Assembly (NCBI GenBank): GCA_951406725.2
Contig: OX597814.1
Location: 30,566,001-30,630,000, forward strand
Direction: 5' to 3'
Length of the DNA stretch: 64,000 bases
Origin: Octopus vulgaris
Taxonomy: Eukaryota
Notes under the pieces: model-generated
Seen by the model: only the letters and a program-made list of their open reading frames with translations
What the model was told of the DNA's origin: nothing
The model's database searches: none
Shown: positions 1-12,307 of the stretch, piece by piece
Layout: each line of letters begins with the position of its first letter
Position numbering within the stretch: position 1 is the stretch's first letter
Translations under genes and position numbers: made by a program

Positions 1-417
1 CTAGCAAACACACTCTGCCAAATAAACTGTCGATCGATCGCCAAGTTATGCCAGAATTTGGAAGGAGACAAGTGATAAAATAGATAAGCATTTATACCTA
101 TTATCGAACTTTTTAGGGCCCCATCTGCTCATGATGTGGATGGGGAAAATGTGCGTAGAGGGTGATGTGTTAACAACCTTCTCCCCTTACTGTTTTAGAG
201 ATTAAACAATAACACAAATAACTACGCAGAGGCAGCCATGGTTAAAACAAGAACCACTAAAAGAGAAAAGGAGCATGGTCATTCCTTATCCAAGTGACCT
301 TATCTTATCGCTCATCACTTATGCGTTCATAAATTAGTTTGATAGTTGAGCTCTGATTGGCTGTATACAAATGAGTTCATAACTGGGATCCGGAACTCTC
401 GTGGAAAAAAAATTCGC

Positions 418-538
418 TTCCGAGTTCAGTCCCACTGCGTGCCACCTTCGTCAAGTGTCTTCTGCTATAGCCTCGGGCTGACCAAAACCCTGTGAGTGGA
501 TTTGGCAGACGGAAACTGAAAGAAGCTCGTCGTATATA
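418..538 (+). mobile_element. SINE family A, 5'-truncated head half
   Basis: Matches the B-box (GTTCAGTCCC) and body ACCTT..CAAGTGTCTTCT...GACGGAAACTGAAAGAAG of the many family A copies in the window. Confidence 0.8.
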
Positions 539-692
539 GATATTTTTAGGAAGTTAATAGATATATTACTTGTTTAATGATTTAGAGTGTGCATCTCTTT
601 TGAATATTTGAACTACTGACGATTTATATATAGACCAGGTATGATTACAGAGGACAAAAAAATCATGCAGACTAAGATCACACGCACACGCG

Positions 693-726
<34 letters not shown>

Positions 727-1201
727 GACACACGCACACACATATATATCGATCAAAACAGTTTGAGTCAGATGAGTCGTTGACACTCTTGAGTTTCAAA
801 CGCTTGAAAATCAAGAGCACCAACAAATTTGAATCAAATTGTTTTGATCCATACATGTAACTCCTTATAAATTGCTTGAGTTTCCTTCTTTCGGTTGTCC
901 AGTAACTCGTGTACACACACACACATATGTGTATGTTATCCTTACCATTATTGTTTTTGCGTATTTTGTATTCTTATTCGTGCTATCATTATTGTTTTTA
1001 CGTATTTTCGTATTTTTATTCGTGTAACATCGTCCGTTTTCCGTCCCTGTGTTGTATACATTCGAGGCTTTCTTCCAAGGAATCTAATGCGCTTGGCTTA
1101 GATTTCCCTTGGGGGCTGCCCAGGTCGGAGCAATCTCAAGATTAATCAACCGAAATTGCGAAGATGATCCGGTTCTTGACTGATGATTGAGGGCTTATTT
1201 C

Positions 1202-1206
<5 letters not shown>

Positions 1207-1299
<93 letters not shown>

Positions 1300-1308
1300 T
1301 ATATACAC

Positions 1309-1341
<33 letters not shown>

Positions 1342-1500
1342 TATATACACATATATATATATATACACATATATATATATACACACACATATATATATAT
1401 ATACACATATATATATATATACACATATGTATATACACACACACATATATATATATACACATATATATATATACACATATATATATATATATACACACAC

Positions 1501-1531
<31 letters not shown>

Positions 1532-1575
1532 TATATATATATGTACACACACACACACACACACACATGTGTGTG
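1207..1575. repeat. Compound (TA)n/(CA)n microsatellite
   Basis: Directly visible. Confidence 0.95.
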
Positions 1576-1820
1576 TATCTGCTTCTCACCACTGCTTGGC
1601 AACCGGTCTTGGTGTGTTTACGTCCCCATAATTTAGCGGTTCGGCAAAAGTGACCAATAGAATAAGTACCAGACTTAAAAAAAAAAAAAAAAAATCGTAC
1701 CGGGGGGGGGGGTCGATTCATTGGAGTAAAATATTCCTCAATGCCGCGTGCCCCCCAGCATTCTTCAAGGCGCGGAGCTGCAGACTGGCCGCAGTCAAAG
1801 GACTGAAACGAGTAAACGAT
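1576..1820 (+). mobile_element. SINE family A tail half (diverged)
   Basis: GGTGTGTTTACGTCCCC...TTAGCGGTTCGGCAAAA...GGCCGCAGTC...GACTGAAAC shared with other copies. Confidence 0.75.
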
Positions 1821-1956
1821 CAACGATAAAGAGATGAAGTACTGGAATTTAAACCTGAAAGCTAAGATATCTTTGACCTTTTTATTAAAAAAGCTGTAAC
1901 CAGTCTTCCAACATGAGTTAGAATTGGCCCCCAAAGATAACACTTGCTATATTCCT

Positions 1957-2188
1957 GCGGCGAACTGGCAGATACGTTAGCACGCCGGGCAAAATGCGTG
2001 GCCGTATTTCGTCTGCCGTTACGTTCTGAGTTCAAATTCCGCCGAAGTCGACTTTGCCTTTCATCCTTCCGGGGTCGATAAATTAAGTACCAGTTATGCA
2101 CTGGGGTCGATGTAATCGACTTAATCCGTTTGTCTGTCCTTGTTTGTCCCCTCTGTGTTTAGCCCCTTCTGGGTAGTAAAGAAATATA
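1957..2188 (+). mobile_element. SINE family B monomer (tRNA-like head)
   Basis: GCGGCGAACTGGCAG head, B-box GAGTTCAAATTCC, central GTCGACTTTGCCTTTCATCCTT.CGGGGTCGATAAATTAAGTACCAG, tail GGGTAGTAAAGAAATA. Confidence 0.85.
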
Positions 2189-2249
2189 TATTCCTGTTTT
2201 CCTTTTGTAATAATTCCAAATGTGCTCTACAAGTTAAAAATGTATCTTG

Positions 2250-2313
2250 CTTCTTGTTGTTGTTCTTTTTCTTCTTCTTGCTCTTGTTTTTGTTGTTGTT
2301 TTTGTTGTTGTTT

Positions 2314-2345
<32 letters not shown>

Positions 2346-3015
2346 CTTCTTCTTCTTCTTCTTCTTCTTCTTCTCCTCCTCGTTGTTGATGTTATTATTG
2401 TTGTTGTTGTTGTTGATCTTCTTCATTATCTTCTCCCCCTCCTCCTCGTTGTTGTTATTGTTGTTAATGTTATTGCTGTTGCTGTTATTGTTGTTGTTGT
2501 TGTTCTTCTTCTTCTTCTTCTTCTTCTTCTTCTTGTTATTGTTGTTGCTGTTGCTGCTGCTGCTGCTGTTGTTGTTGTTATTGTTATTGCTGTTGTTGTT
2601 GTTGTTGTTGTTCTTCTTCTTCTTCTTCTTCTTCTTCTTCTTCTTCTTCTTCTTCTTCTTCTTCTTCTTCTTCTTGTTATTGTTGTTGCTGTTGCTGCTG
2701 CTGCTGCTGTTGTTGTTGTTATTGTTATTGCTGTTGTTGTTGTTGTTCTTCTTCTTCTTGTTCTTGTTCTTCTTGTTCTTCTTGTTCTTCTTGTTCTTCT
2801 TCTTGTTCTTCTTCTTGTTCTTCTTCTTCTTCTTCTTGTTATTGTTGTTGCTGTTGCTGCTGCTGCTGCTGTTGTTGTTATTGTTATTGCTGTTGTTGTT
2901 GTTGTTGTTGTTGTTGTTCTTCTTCTTCTTCTTCTTCTTCTTCTTCTTCTTCTTGTTCTTGTTCTTCTTCTTCTTCTTCTTCTTCTTCTTCTTCTTCTTC
3001 TTCTTCTTCTTCTTC
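2250..3015. repeat. Compound trinucleotide array (TTG/TTC/TGC) with higher-order repetition
   Basis: Directly visible; block TTATTGTTGTTGCTGTTGCTGCTGCTGCTGCTG recurs near 2535, 2676 and 2839. Confidence 0.95.
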
Positions 3016-3017
3016 CC

Positions 3018-3372
3018 AGCATTTCGTCCGTCTTTATGTTCTGAGTTTAAATTCCGTTGAGGCCGACGTTGCCTTTCAGCCTTTCGGGGGTCGATAAAAT
3101 AAGTACCGGTCGAAAACTAGTGTCAGCGTAATTGACTTAGCTCCTCTTCCAAACCTGCTGGCCTCGTGCAAAAATTTGAAATCAGTGCTAACAGTAATTA
3201 GGGCATTGAGCTGGCAGAATCGTCAGCACACCGGGCGAAATGTTTAGCGGCATTTCGTCTGTCTTTACATTCTGAGTTCAAATTCTACCGGGGTCGACTT
3301 TGCCTTTCATCCTTTTGGGAGTCGATAAATTAAGTATCAGTTGCGTACTGGGATCGATCTAATTGACTGGCC
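3018..3372 (+). mobile_element. Two older SINE family B copies/fragments
   Basis: Same B-box and central domain as 1957-2188, more diverged, different tail. Confidence 0.75.
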
Positions 3373-3603
3373 TAAAGTTCTAAAGAACGGTAATGTCTTT
3401 GTTTTCTACTTCTTTGACAGGCTTATGTTCCCACCAGACATACGACATTTGATCCAGTGCAAATAGTGACCAAATTTATCATGGATATAAATATAATTAT
3501 TTGAGGCTAACACACAGCAACCATACAGTTGAGGTGATCAATCGTTTCTCTGGTCGCATCACGATATATTTATTTATCATCATCATCATCATCATCATCA
3601 TCA

Positions 3604-4001
3604 TTGTTACCTCCAACCTAGCGAAGGTGGAGATATTGTTTTCAGTCGCGTTTGCTTGCTTGCTTACATGTTTGTTTGTTTGTCCGTGAACAAGATATCT
3701 CAAGAACCGCTGGATGGATTCGGATGAAACTTTCAGAGATATTTGATCTCGTGACTGGCACGAGCTGATTAAATTTTGGGACCGATTCGGTACTGGACAA
3801 GGATTCTGAATTATTTTTCCGTTTGTTTTTTTTTTTTTTCAATTAAGTTTTGAGAGTGGTCGGGTTCATTTTTAGTATTCTCGTTTGTGAGAGCAGGCGA
3901 GTTTATTTCAGATATTCTCATTTTAAAAATCATCTCTGGCTAATCTTTGAGAGAATGTTGGTGTTGCCTTGGCGGAGGTTTGCGCTCTCAGTGCTCTTGT
4001 T
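3604..4001 (+). mobile_element. Non-autonomous Helentron/DINE-1-like element (HINE)
   Basis: 5' TTACCTCC..CC...AAGGTGGAG, internal (GTTT)n, 3' CCTTGGCGGAGG subterminal inverted repeat plus GCGCTCTCAGTGC stem, T-rich ends; second copy at 55963-56275. Confidence 0.7.
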
Positions 4002-4344
4002 ATTATTAAAACTATTTACATTCTATATCAGCTGGCAGGAATGTTGTCTTGAATTTCGGTAACAACGTCCCCTCAAACCTTTAGAATCTTCAGCTGGCTA
4101 GAAGTATATTGAGTTCTTCATAACCAGCTGATCTAGCAAGCGGGGCCTCATATCAGTGAGGGGGACCGGTGCGCATTGATGCTGTCGAGAGGTAGGCCCC
4201 GAAACGGCGCGCATTCTCTCCTGATGACCCCATACACTTGCTAGCTTCCGATATACGGAGCTTTTAACTGGTAGCACTTGCATGTGCAAGTTGTTTGCAA
4301 GACATACAGGTTTGCACTTTTCCGTAGGTCGAAATGCGAATCTC

Positions 4345-4600
4345 TTCTCCAATATTCTTCAGCCTGTTAAGTAGCAATTTAGGTGTGGTGCTAAGTGCAC
4401 CATTTACCAGAGGAATAATAGTCATCTTAGTCTTCCACAATCCCTTCATGCCTCTAGTTATGACCTGATATTTCCCAGTTTTCTCACTTTCTTCGGTGTC
4501 CGTTTTATTGTCATATGGTGTCGCAAAATTTATGATCGTATTCTGTATGTGTTTTTTTCCTCTATAATCATATCTGGTGTTGCTTCCATAGAATGGTCAG
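4345..4600 (-). pseudogene. R4/Dong-like LINE RLE-domain relic
   Basis: Minus translation PDMIIEEKK..IINFATPYDNK...EKTGKY...LWKTKMTIIPLVNGAL resembles the PD...D...K..KY...PvViGALG RLE motifs. Confidence 0.7.
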
Positions 4601-5310
4601 TCTTCAGTAACTCATCGTGGTGCTGCAGAGCTAACAGCTTCCCGAAAGTTATGGTGGCTGGGCGCATTTCCTGCTAAGTCCAACTAAACTACATAGGTAC
4701 TTGTCTACAGACTTTACGGAAAGAAGTCTCGCAGAAGAGAGCACGGAGCCGAATCGCTAAAGGTAGGAAGTGAGCTAAACTGGGTAGGTAACTACAGCCT
4801 GTCCACCCAACCAGAGGGGTGGTGTCATACAAAGCTAAATTAATGCAAAGACATGGGTCCCTGTTCTTTGCACTTCAGTCGGAAAGTTCTGCACAATGGG
4901 TCCACGGTGAATCACAGGTATCTCTAGATCGCTAAGAAGTCTGATAACAAATCTTACTATATACACTACAACTGCAGGTCATTAGGAAAGAAAACCAGTA
5001 TGATTCATTTAATAGAGGAGAACTTTAAGATCAATTAAACGCATCGAAAGTTCAGGATGGAAGAACAGAAGAGTTATTAGACTAGGAAAAACAGAGGGTG
5101 CGAGAGCAAGAGGAGGCACAAGTTCCGTTGTAAATTAAGAACTCCATAGGCGCAGGAGTGGCTGTGTGGTAAGTAGCTTGTTTATCAACCACATGGTTCC
5201 GGGTTCAATCCCACTGCGTGCACCTTGGGCTAGTGTCTTCTACTATAGCCTCGGGCCGACCAAAGCCTTGTGAGTGGATTTGGTAGACGGAAACTGAAAA
5301 GAAGCCCGTC

Positions 5311-5342
<32 letters not shown>

Positions 5343-5344
<2 letters not shown>

Positions 5345-5994
5345 CTACAAAATTAGAGAATGGAGAAACATACTTAAATCAGTAAAACATCAACTATCCG
5401 ATGATACTCAATCCATACTTTAATACACCATTACATATGAGTAAAGGCAATATATAAAATGAAATGAGATATACAGTAATAGTAAAAGTAAAAAGATAAA
5501 GAGATATAAGTAAAAAATTTCAAATATAATATGCAAATAAAACAAAACTGACAGCTGTTTCGGCAGTGAGGACAGTCATACCTCATTTAACCTATAAGCC
5601 ATAAAGGCAGGTATAAATGAGGCATTAACAAGGATGCCCCACGGCCTCTTCAGAGAATTAAATTAAATTTGTTATAATAGTGAAAAATATTATATAATCA
5701 TATACATATAAATATAAAAATATAAAAATGTAAAATATAAAAACTTATACATCATAATGCTACACTTATATGATATAATACACATTTGTACAAAAAGGAA
5801 GGTAAACAGAACAATATAAAACAAAATATATAACAGTGTATATATTAATACTAATAAGTACCGATATTATACATATTTGGCTAATAGTTTTTTTTATAAA
5901 AAAAGGGCTAACACATATGGAGATGAAAAATAATAATTAAATCCGTGGTACAGTTCATAAAATTCTAAAGCTATAAAAGTTAATAAAAATTACT

Positions 5995-6038
<44 letters not shown>

Positions 6039-6560
6039 TAATAATAAAAAAAATACTAAAAATAGATACAGTTAAGTTAGCACCAAGTCCATCCTTTCAA
6101 GATCGAAATAACTATGAGTTAAGAAATGCTGACCACTAGGTAAAGAAAATTTAGATTAATTCGATTGGCTATTGGTTTGAAATTTAAATCACAAAAGAAA
6201 ATTATACGGTTGGTTAGTCAAGGAACGCCAATATTCACACACGCATCTACAGATCAATCGCACATACACACATAGTTATATGTATATACATACACTTATA
6301 CACATACATATTAACAAGCAACAACTAGCACTTAGATAAACAAAAAAGGGAAGCAACTATGCTAACATTTAGTCCTTCAAAATTATAACTGAGCCTTAAT
6401 AACAAAAAAAGAACCATCCATGCATTCTATAAAATATTTAATTTAGATATAAATATATTTTTAAATATCAGTATGTTACTAATTCAGATAATTATTTCAT
6501 GGGTAACTTAAAATTTATAACACCGGTTTGTTACAGAGTAAACATACGGTTGTTAGGTTA
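5343..6560 (-). mobile_element. AT-rich (TA)n-embedded insert, probable Penelope-like element remnant
   Basis: Sits inside the SINE microsatellite; carries a hammerhead motif; weak CLLC...IL...YLN relic near 6480-6560. Confidence 0.55.
5548..5655 (-). ncRNA. Type I hammerhead ribozyme motif
   Basis: Minus: CT-CTGAAGA-GGCCGTGGGG...CCTCACTGCC-GAAAC-AGCT-GTC-AG; long stem II, palindromic loop III, stem I only 2 bp. Confidence 0.7.
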
Positions 6561-7055
6561 TGTATATATGTATGTGTCTGTGTTTGTGTGTCTGTGTTTG
6601 TCCCCCTAGCATTGCTTGACAACCGATGCTGGTGTGTTTATGTCCCCGTTACTTAGCGGTTCGGCAAAAGAGACCGATAGAATAAGTACTTGGCTTACAA
6701 AAGAATAAGTCCCGGGGTCGAGTTGCTCGATTAAAGGCGGTGCTCCAGCATGGTAGCAGTCAAATGACTGAAACAAGTAAAGAGTAAAGAGTAATGAACT
6801 TCGAAAATTGTTTCCTGCAATTTGTCTTTACGTATTGGGGTGCTGAACATTCGTCTCTCAGGAAATGCCTTACTCAAGATTATCGAAATATATGCCCTCG
6901 CATGTGGCAGTGAGGACGATGAAATGGAGAAATTCTTCAAAGACCTGGTAAAAACGCTAACTCAAAAATCCACTTACGCTGTTGTGATGGGAAATTTCAA
7001 CTCGAAGGTCGTAAAGGAGCGACTGAGCGAGAAACATGTTGGATATTTAGATTTG

Positions 7056-7341
7056 TTTGTTTCTTCTCGAGCCACGCCTGGCTCATAAGGGCCGGTTTCC
7101 CGGTTTCCTTGGCGTATAGGTTACCCACCTGGACGGGATGCCGGTCCGTCGCAAGTGAACTGCAAGATGCAGGAGGAAAGAGTGAAAGTTGTGGCGAAAG
7201 AGTCAGCAGAAGTTCGCCATTACCTTCTGCCGGAGCCGCGTGGAGCTTAGGTGTTTTGGTCATAAACACACACATCTCTCGGTCTGGAATTCGAACCCGC
7301 GATCCCTCGACCGCGAGTCCGCTGCTCTAACCACTAGGCCA
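7056..7341 (-). mobile_element. SINE family C (tRNA-derived) with 11-bp TSD
   Basis: Minus head TGGCCTAGTGGTTAGAGCAGCGGACTCGCGGTC...GGTTCGAATTCC; TSD ATATTTAGATT at 7043-7053 and 7342-7352. Confidence 0.85.
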
Positions 7342-8218
7342 ATATTTAGATTGGGAGAGAGAAATGAAAATAAGAACGTTTAGTCACCATGGAAGAGACG
7401 AAAAGACTTTAAATTAAGAAGAGACTATCCAGGAAAAGATCTGAAAAAAGATGGACCTGGATAACCCCAAACGCTCGTCACTGAAACGAGATTGATAACA
7501 TCCTTGTCGGAAAATGGCACCATTCAGCAATGACTGATTATTGTTTGCTACAGGCGAAGATCGTCATCGACGAAATGAAAGAGAAAGGCATTGCACATCT
7601 CGATGAAGAACGAACACATCAATATCTTCAATGTGAAGCAGTTGAAAGATGCTATCGAGGAAGGGAACCTGGAAAATATTTGAAGAAATTGATGAGGATA
7701 ATGGCCAAATAATGAAAAGCTGCACGTGGAAATCTACAAGAGCCAAACAAAAAGGAATGCGAAGGAAACGGAAAATATTAAGGAAATGAAAAACTACGGG
7801 GAGGAATATTAAAGATCATCTCGAGTATTCCGTTCTCTGCAAGGCGATAAGACAACATTTGGAAAGAGAGTTCAATAAATTTAGAAAGAGATGCGGGAGA
7901 GAGATGGTACTGCTTAAATTGGGAGTCATAGCGCTCAAGAATATAGACGGGGCTACGGTGATGGACAAAAGAGAAGTGAAGAGAATTCGTACAATTTTTT
8001 ACGCCAATATTTTAGTCATCAGTGACATTCGACCAGTGATAATAAATCATCAGTAATATACAAGTTAAAGAGTTATACTACAAAGACAGCAAGCTTCATT
8101 AAAATTATACATATACACAGATATATACATGTATGCATACATACATACATGCATACATATATGCATGCATGCATGCATACATACATATGTGTGTACCTAC
8201 AAATTTACACAAAAAATC

Positions 8219-8589
8219 TAGGAGTGGCTGTATGGTATGTAGCTTGCTTACCAACCACATGGTTCCGGGTTCAGTCCCACAGCGTGGCACCTTCAACAAG
8301 TGTCCTCTACTATAGCCTCGGGCCGACCAAAGCCTTGTGAGTAGATTTGGTAAATGGAAACTGAAAGAAGCCCGTCGTATATATGTACATATATATATGT
8401 GTGTGTGTGCCTGCCCCCCCTCCAGCATCGCTTGACAACCGATGCTGATGTGTTTACGTCCCTGTAACTTAGCGGTTCGGCAAACCGATTGAATAAGTAC
8501 TAGGCTTACAAAGAATAAGTCCTGGGTCGATTTGCTCGATTAAAGGCGGTACTCCAGCATGGCCGCAGTCAACTGACTGAAACAAGTAA
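8219..8589 (+). mobile_element. SINE family A, near full length
   Basis: Head, short TA/TG spacer, tail ending GACTGAAACAAGTAA. Confidence 0.85.
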
Positions 8590-8832
8590 CAATTGCAGCG
8601 TGGTAGGTGTTTATAAGCCATTTAAGAAACACACAAAAACCGTTCGATTCTCTTCAACATTTAAATTTTGTCAAAGCGACGAAAATATTTTGACAAATTA
8701 AATTGAAATGTTGAAGTGAATCTAACGGTTTTTGTGTGTTTCTTAAATGGCTTATAAACACCTACCACGCTGCAATTGTTTTCGTTCCAGCACACGATCT
8801 CAGATCAGGTCACTTGCTATGCAAGTACATCT
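8588..8832. mobile_element. Palindromic MITE-like element
   Basis: Near-perfect inverted arms AACAATTGCAGCGTGGTAGGTGTTTATAAGCCATTTAAGAAACACACAAAAACCGTT spanning 8588-8780; right boundary uncertain. Confidence 0.7.
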
Positions 8833-9007
8833 CAGTAAATACTAAGTTTTTCGAAAAAGTACAAAAGAAACAGAGGCAAATTCTCCAAATCCAATCTATA
8901 AGTGGTACAAGGAAGATTTATAAGACATTCTAAAGGTTCTCCATATGAGATTCTTTAGCTGAATAGATGCACACGCCCAAGTGTGTGCATCGATAGCTCA
9001 CCCAATA

Positions 9008-9316
9008 GACCTCGGCGGAATTTGAACTCAGAACGTAGCGGCAGACGAAATACCTATTTCTTTACTACCAACAAGGGGCTAAACACAGAAGGGACAAACA
9101 AGGACAGATAAACGGATTAAGTCGATTATATCGACCCCAGTGCGTAACTGGTACTTATTTAATCGACCCCGAAAGGATGAAAGGCAAAGTCAACCTCGGC
9201 GGAAATTTGAACTCAGAACGTAGAGGCAGACGAAATACCTATTTCTCTTTATTACCCACAAGGGACTAAACATAGAGGGGCACTTATAACTGGCACTTAT
9301 TTAATCGACCCCGACC
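9008..9316 (-). mobile_element. Internal fragment of a SINE B multimer flanked by a 24-bp direct repeat
   Basis: GTGTGTGCATCGATAGCTCACCCA at 8981-9004 and 9321-9344. Confidence 0.8.
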
Positions 9317-9438
9317 TTAGGTGTGTGCATCGATAGCTCACCCATATCTACTAACACTGGGATTTCTCTTAACCCAAAAATTCATATCGCTTTTTAGCGA
9401 CCTGCTTGAACTCTCAAGAACGTAAATAAAACTCAAAG

Positions 9439-9512
<74 letters not shown>

Positions 9513-9868
9513 TACATACACACATACACACACTCACGCACACACACAGCACAACACAAAGGAATAGAGATTTAAAAATCCAGGCGAATATTTTTATTAA
9601 GCGCTCTACTTGTTTAACTAGAGCGACCATTTGCGAACCACTGCGATCCAAGTAGAGCGTACAATAACATTTGTACTGCTGCTCGATTAGTGTGTGTGTA
9701 TGTGTGTGTGTGTGTGTGTGTGTGTTTGTGTTTGTGTGTGTGTGTGTTTGTGTGTGTTTGTGTGTGTGTGTATATATAAATGTTTTACGATTCTTATTTT
9801 ATATGTATGTATATATGTATATAATTATGTTTCTATGAATGCTTTATGCATGTGTCTATGTATGTGTT

Positions 9869-9905
<37 letters not shown>

Positions 9906-10041
9906 GCGTGTATATGTGTGTGTTTGTGTTTGTGTGTGTATATATAAATGTTTTACGATACTTATTTTATATGTATGTATGTATATAATTATGTATGTAT
10001 GTATGCACTATGCATGCATAAATGCATGTGTCTATGTATGT

Positions 10042-10079
<38 letters not shown>

Positions 10080-10363
10080 CAACAATTGATGGTAAAATTA
10101 ATTAATTATTAATCAATTTCACCAAGTGTTCAGTATGCAAAGGGACCATTTAAGGCGAATTCAAATTATTACATTATATAAAAGGGCTTAGTAAAGTAAA
10201 TTACTTTGCCGCATACTGAACTCATTAGAAATAGCAGCTAAAAAACTTTTTTAAAGCTATTTCTAATACTTAAAGAAAATCTCTCTCATATATAGTGTTT
10301 GCTTAATTCAACTCACAAAAGTTTGGGGGTAAGGACATCAATAAATCAAATGCTAAGGTTATT

Positions 10364-10415
10364 TGAGAACGTACGTTTCAAGATTAGTCAAAACAACACT
10401 TCTATCTTCAGCTCA
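10364..10415 (-). ncRNA. Type I hammerhead motif, copy 1
   Basis: Reverse complement of the motif at 11711-11762. Confidence 0.7.
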
Positions 10416-10908
10416 GAAACTCCTTGGTTTGGATTTGGAAACACTGAAAGTAAGAACATACCCTTTCGAAGATCCGCTCGTAACTAACAGTGCCAACAAA
10501 CCCAAATAAGCAAGCGAAGAATTTCTGTTCTCCCTTTTCCACCAGCGTGGGTTAAAATCATCAAACACTATGCTTATTTCGGTAAATCCGAAGAAATTAA
10601 TTAGAGGGAGATTAATTATAATTTCAACAATTGAGGGTAAAATTAATTAATTATTAATCAATTTCACCAAGTGTTCAGTATGCAAAGGGACCATTTAAGG
10701 CGAATTCAAATTATTACATTATATAAAAGGGCTTAGTAAAGTAAATTACTTTGCCGCATACTGAACTCATTAGAAATAGCAGCTAAAAAACTTTTTTAAA
10801 GCTATTTCTAATACTTAAAGAAAATCTCTCTCATATATAGTGTTTGCTTAATTCAACTCACAAAAGTTTGGGGGTAAGGACATCAATAAATCAAATGCTA
10901 AGGTTATT

Positions 10909-10960
10909 TGAGAACGTACGTTTCAAGATTAGTCAAAACAACACTTCTATCTTCAGCTCA
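10909..10960 (-). ncRNA. Type I hammerhead motif, copy 2
   Basis: Same motif 545 bp downstream. Confidence 0.7.
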
Positions 10961-11453
10961 GAAACTCCTTGGTTTGGATTTGGAAACACTGATAGTAAGA
11001 ACATACCCTTTCGAAGATCCGCTCGTAACTAACAGTGCTAACAAACCCAAATAAGCAAGCGAAGAATTTCTGTTCTCCCTTTTCCACCAGCGTGGGTTAA
11101 AATCATCAAACACTATGCTTATTTCGGTAAATCCGAAGAAATTAATTAGAGGGAGATTAATTATAATTTCAACAATTGAGGGTGAAATTAATTAATTATT
11201 AATCAATTTCACCAAGTGTTCAGTATGCAAAGGGACCATTTAAGGCGAATTCAAATTATTACATTATATAAAAGGGCTTAGTAAAGTAAATTACTTTGCC
11301 GCATACTGAACTCATTAGAAATAGCAGCTAAAAAACTTTTTTAAAGCTATTTCTAATACTTAAAGAAAATCTCTCTCATATATAGTGTTTGCTTAATTCA
11401 ACTCACAAAAGTTTGGGGGTAAGGACATCAATAAATCAAATGCTAAGGTTATT

Positions 11454-11505
11454 TGAGAACGTACGTTTCAAGATTAGTCAAAACAACACTTCTATCTTCA
11501 GCTCA
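11454..11505 (-). ncRNA. Type I hammerhead motif, copy 3
   Basis: Same motif in the third unit. Confidence 0.7.
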
Positions 11506-11710
11506 GAAACTCCTTGGTTTGGATTTGGAAACACTGAAAGTAAGAACATACCCTTTCGAAGATCCGCTCGTAACTAACAGTGCCAACAAACCCAAATAAG
11601 CAAGCGAAGAATTTCTGTTCTCCCCTTTTCCACCAGCGTGGGTTAAAATCATCAAACACTATGCTTATTTCGGTAAATCCGAAGAAATTAATTAGAGGGA
11701 GAGGAGTTTC

Positions 11711-11762
11711 TGAGCTGAAGATAGAAGTGTTGTTTTGACTAATCTTGAAACGTACGTTCTCA
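11711..11762 (+). ncRNA. Type I hammerhead motif, copy 4
   Basis: TGAG-CTGAAGA-T-AGAAGT...ACTAATCT-T-GAAAC-GTAC-GTT-CTCA; stem I TGAG/CTCA, palindromic stem III. Confidence 0.7.
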
Positions 11763-12255
11763 AATAACCTTAGCATTTGATTTATTGATGTCCTTACCCC
11801 CAAACTTTTGTGAGTTGAATTAAGCAAACACTATATATGAGAGAGATTTTCTTTAAGTATTAGAAATAGCTTTAAAAAAGTTTTTTAGCTGCTATTTCTA
11901 ATGAGTTCAGTATGCGGTAAAGTAATTTACTTTACTAAACCCTTTTATATAATGTAATAATTTGAATTCGCCTTAAATGGTCCCTTTGCATACTGAACAC
12001 TTGGTGAAATTGATTAATAATTAATTAATTTCACCCTCAATTGTTGAAATTATAATTAATCTCCCTCTAATTAATTTCTTCGGATTTACCGAAATAAGCA
12101 TAGTGTTTGATGATTTTAACCCACGCTGGTGGAAAAGGGAGAACAGAAATTCTTCGCTTGCTTATTTGGGTTTGTTGGCACTGTTAGTTACGAGCGGATC
12201 TTCGAAAGGGTATGTTCTTACTATCAGTGTTTCCAAATCCAAACCAAGGAGTTTC

Positions 12256-12307
12256 TGAGCTGAAGATAGAAGTGTTGTTTTGACTAATCTTGAAACGTAC
12301 GTTCTCA
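12256..12307 (+). ncRNA. Type I hammerhead motif, copy 5
   Basis: Identical to 11711-11762. Confidence 0.7.

Larger units (their letters stand above)
5149..6793 (+). mobile_element. Full-length SINE family A with a ~1.2-kb insert in its internal (TA)n
   Basis: Head GGCGCAGGAGTGGCTGTGTGG at 5149-5311, tail at ~6560-6793 ending (AGTAAAG)n; it splits the LINE relic. Confidence 0.85.
4945..8050 (+). pseudogene. Degenerate RTE-type LINE (APE endonuclease region) interrupted by two SINE insertions
   Basis: Fragments NCRSL (near 4971), IIEIYA...DDEMEKFF...VVMGNFNSKV (6822-7040), GERNEN, KWTWITPN, NEIDNILV (7350-7510); stops and frameshifts. Confidence 0.75.

Noticed and set aside
1150-1200. CGAAA...CTGATGA as a permuted hammerhead
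   Set aside because: Stems I and III and the NUH triplet cannot be formed convincingly
2140-3060. Longest ORFs (306, 265 and 198 aa)
   Set aside because: Pure translations of trinucleotide microsatellite; the same applies to the YI/CV/HT/LS-rich ORFs throughout
4178-4230. CTGTCGA...GAAACGGCGCG and nearby CTGATGA as a hammerhead
   Set aside because: Several essential core bases are wrong and stem II partners are inconsistent
10299-10487. Repeated 62-aa ORF MLNSTHKS...
   Set aside because: TTG start, repeated only because of the tandem array, antisense to the ribozyme, no recognisable motif
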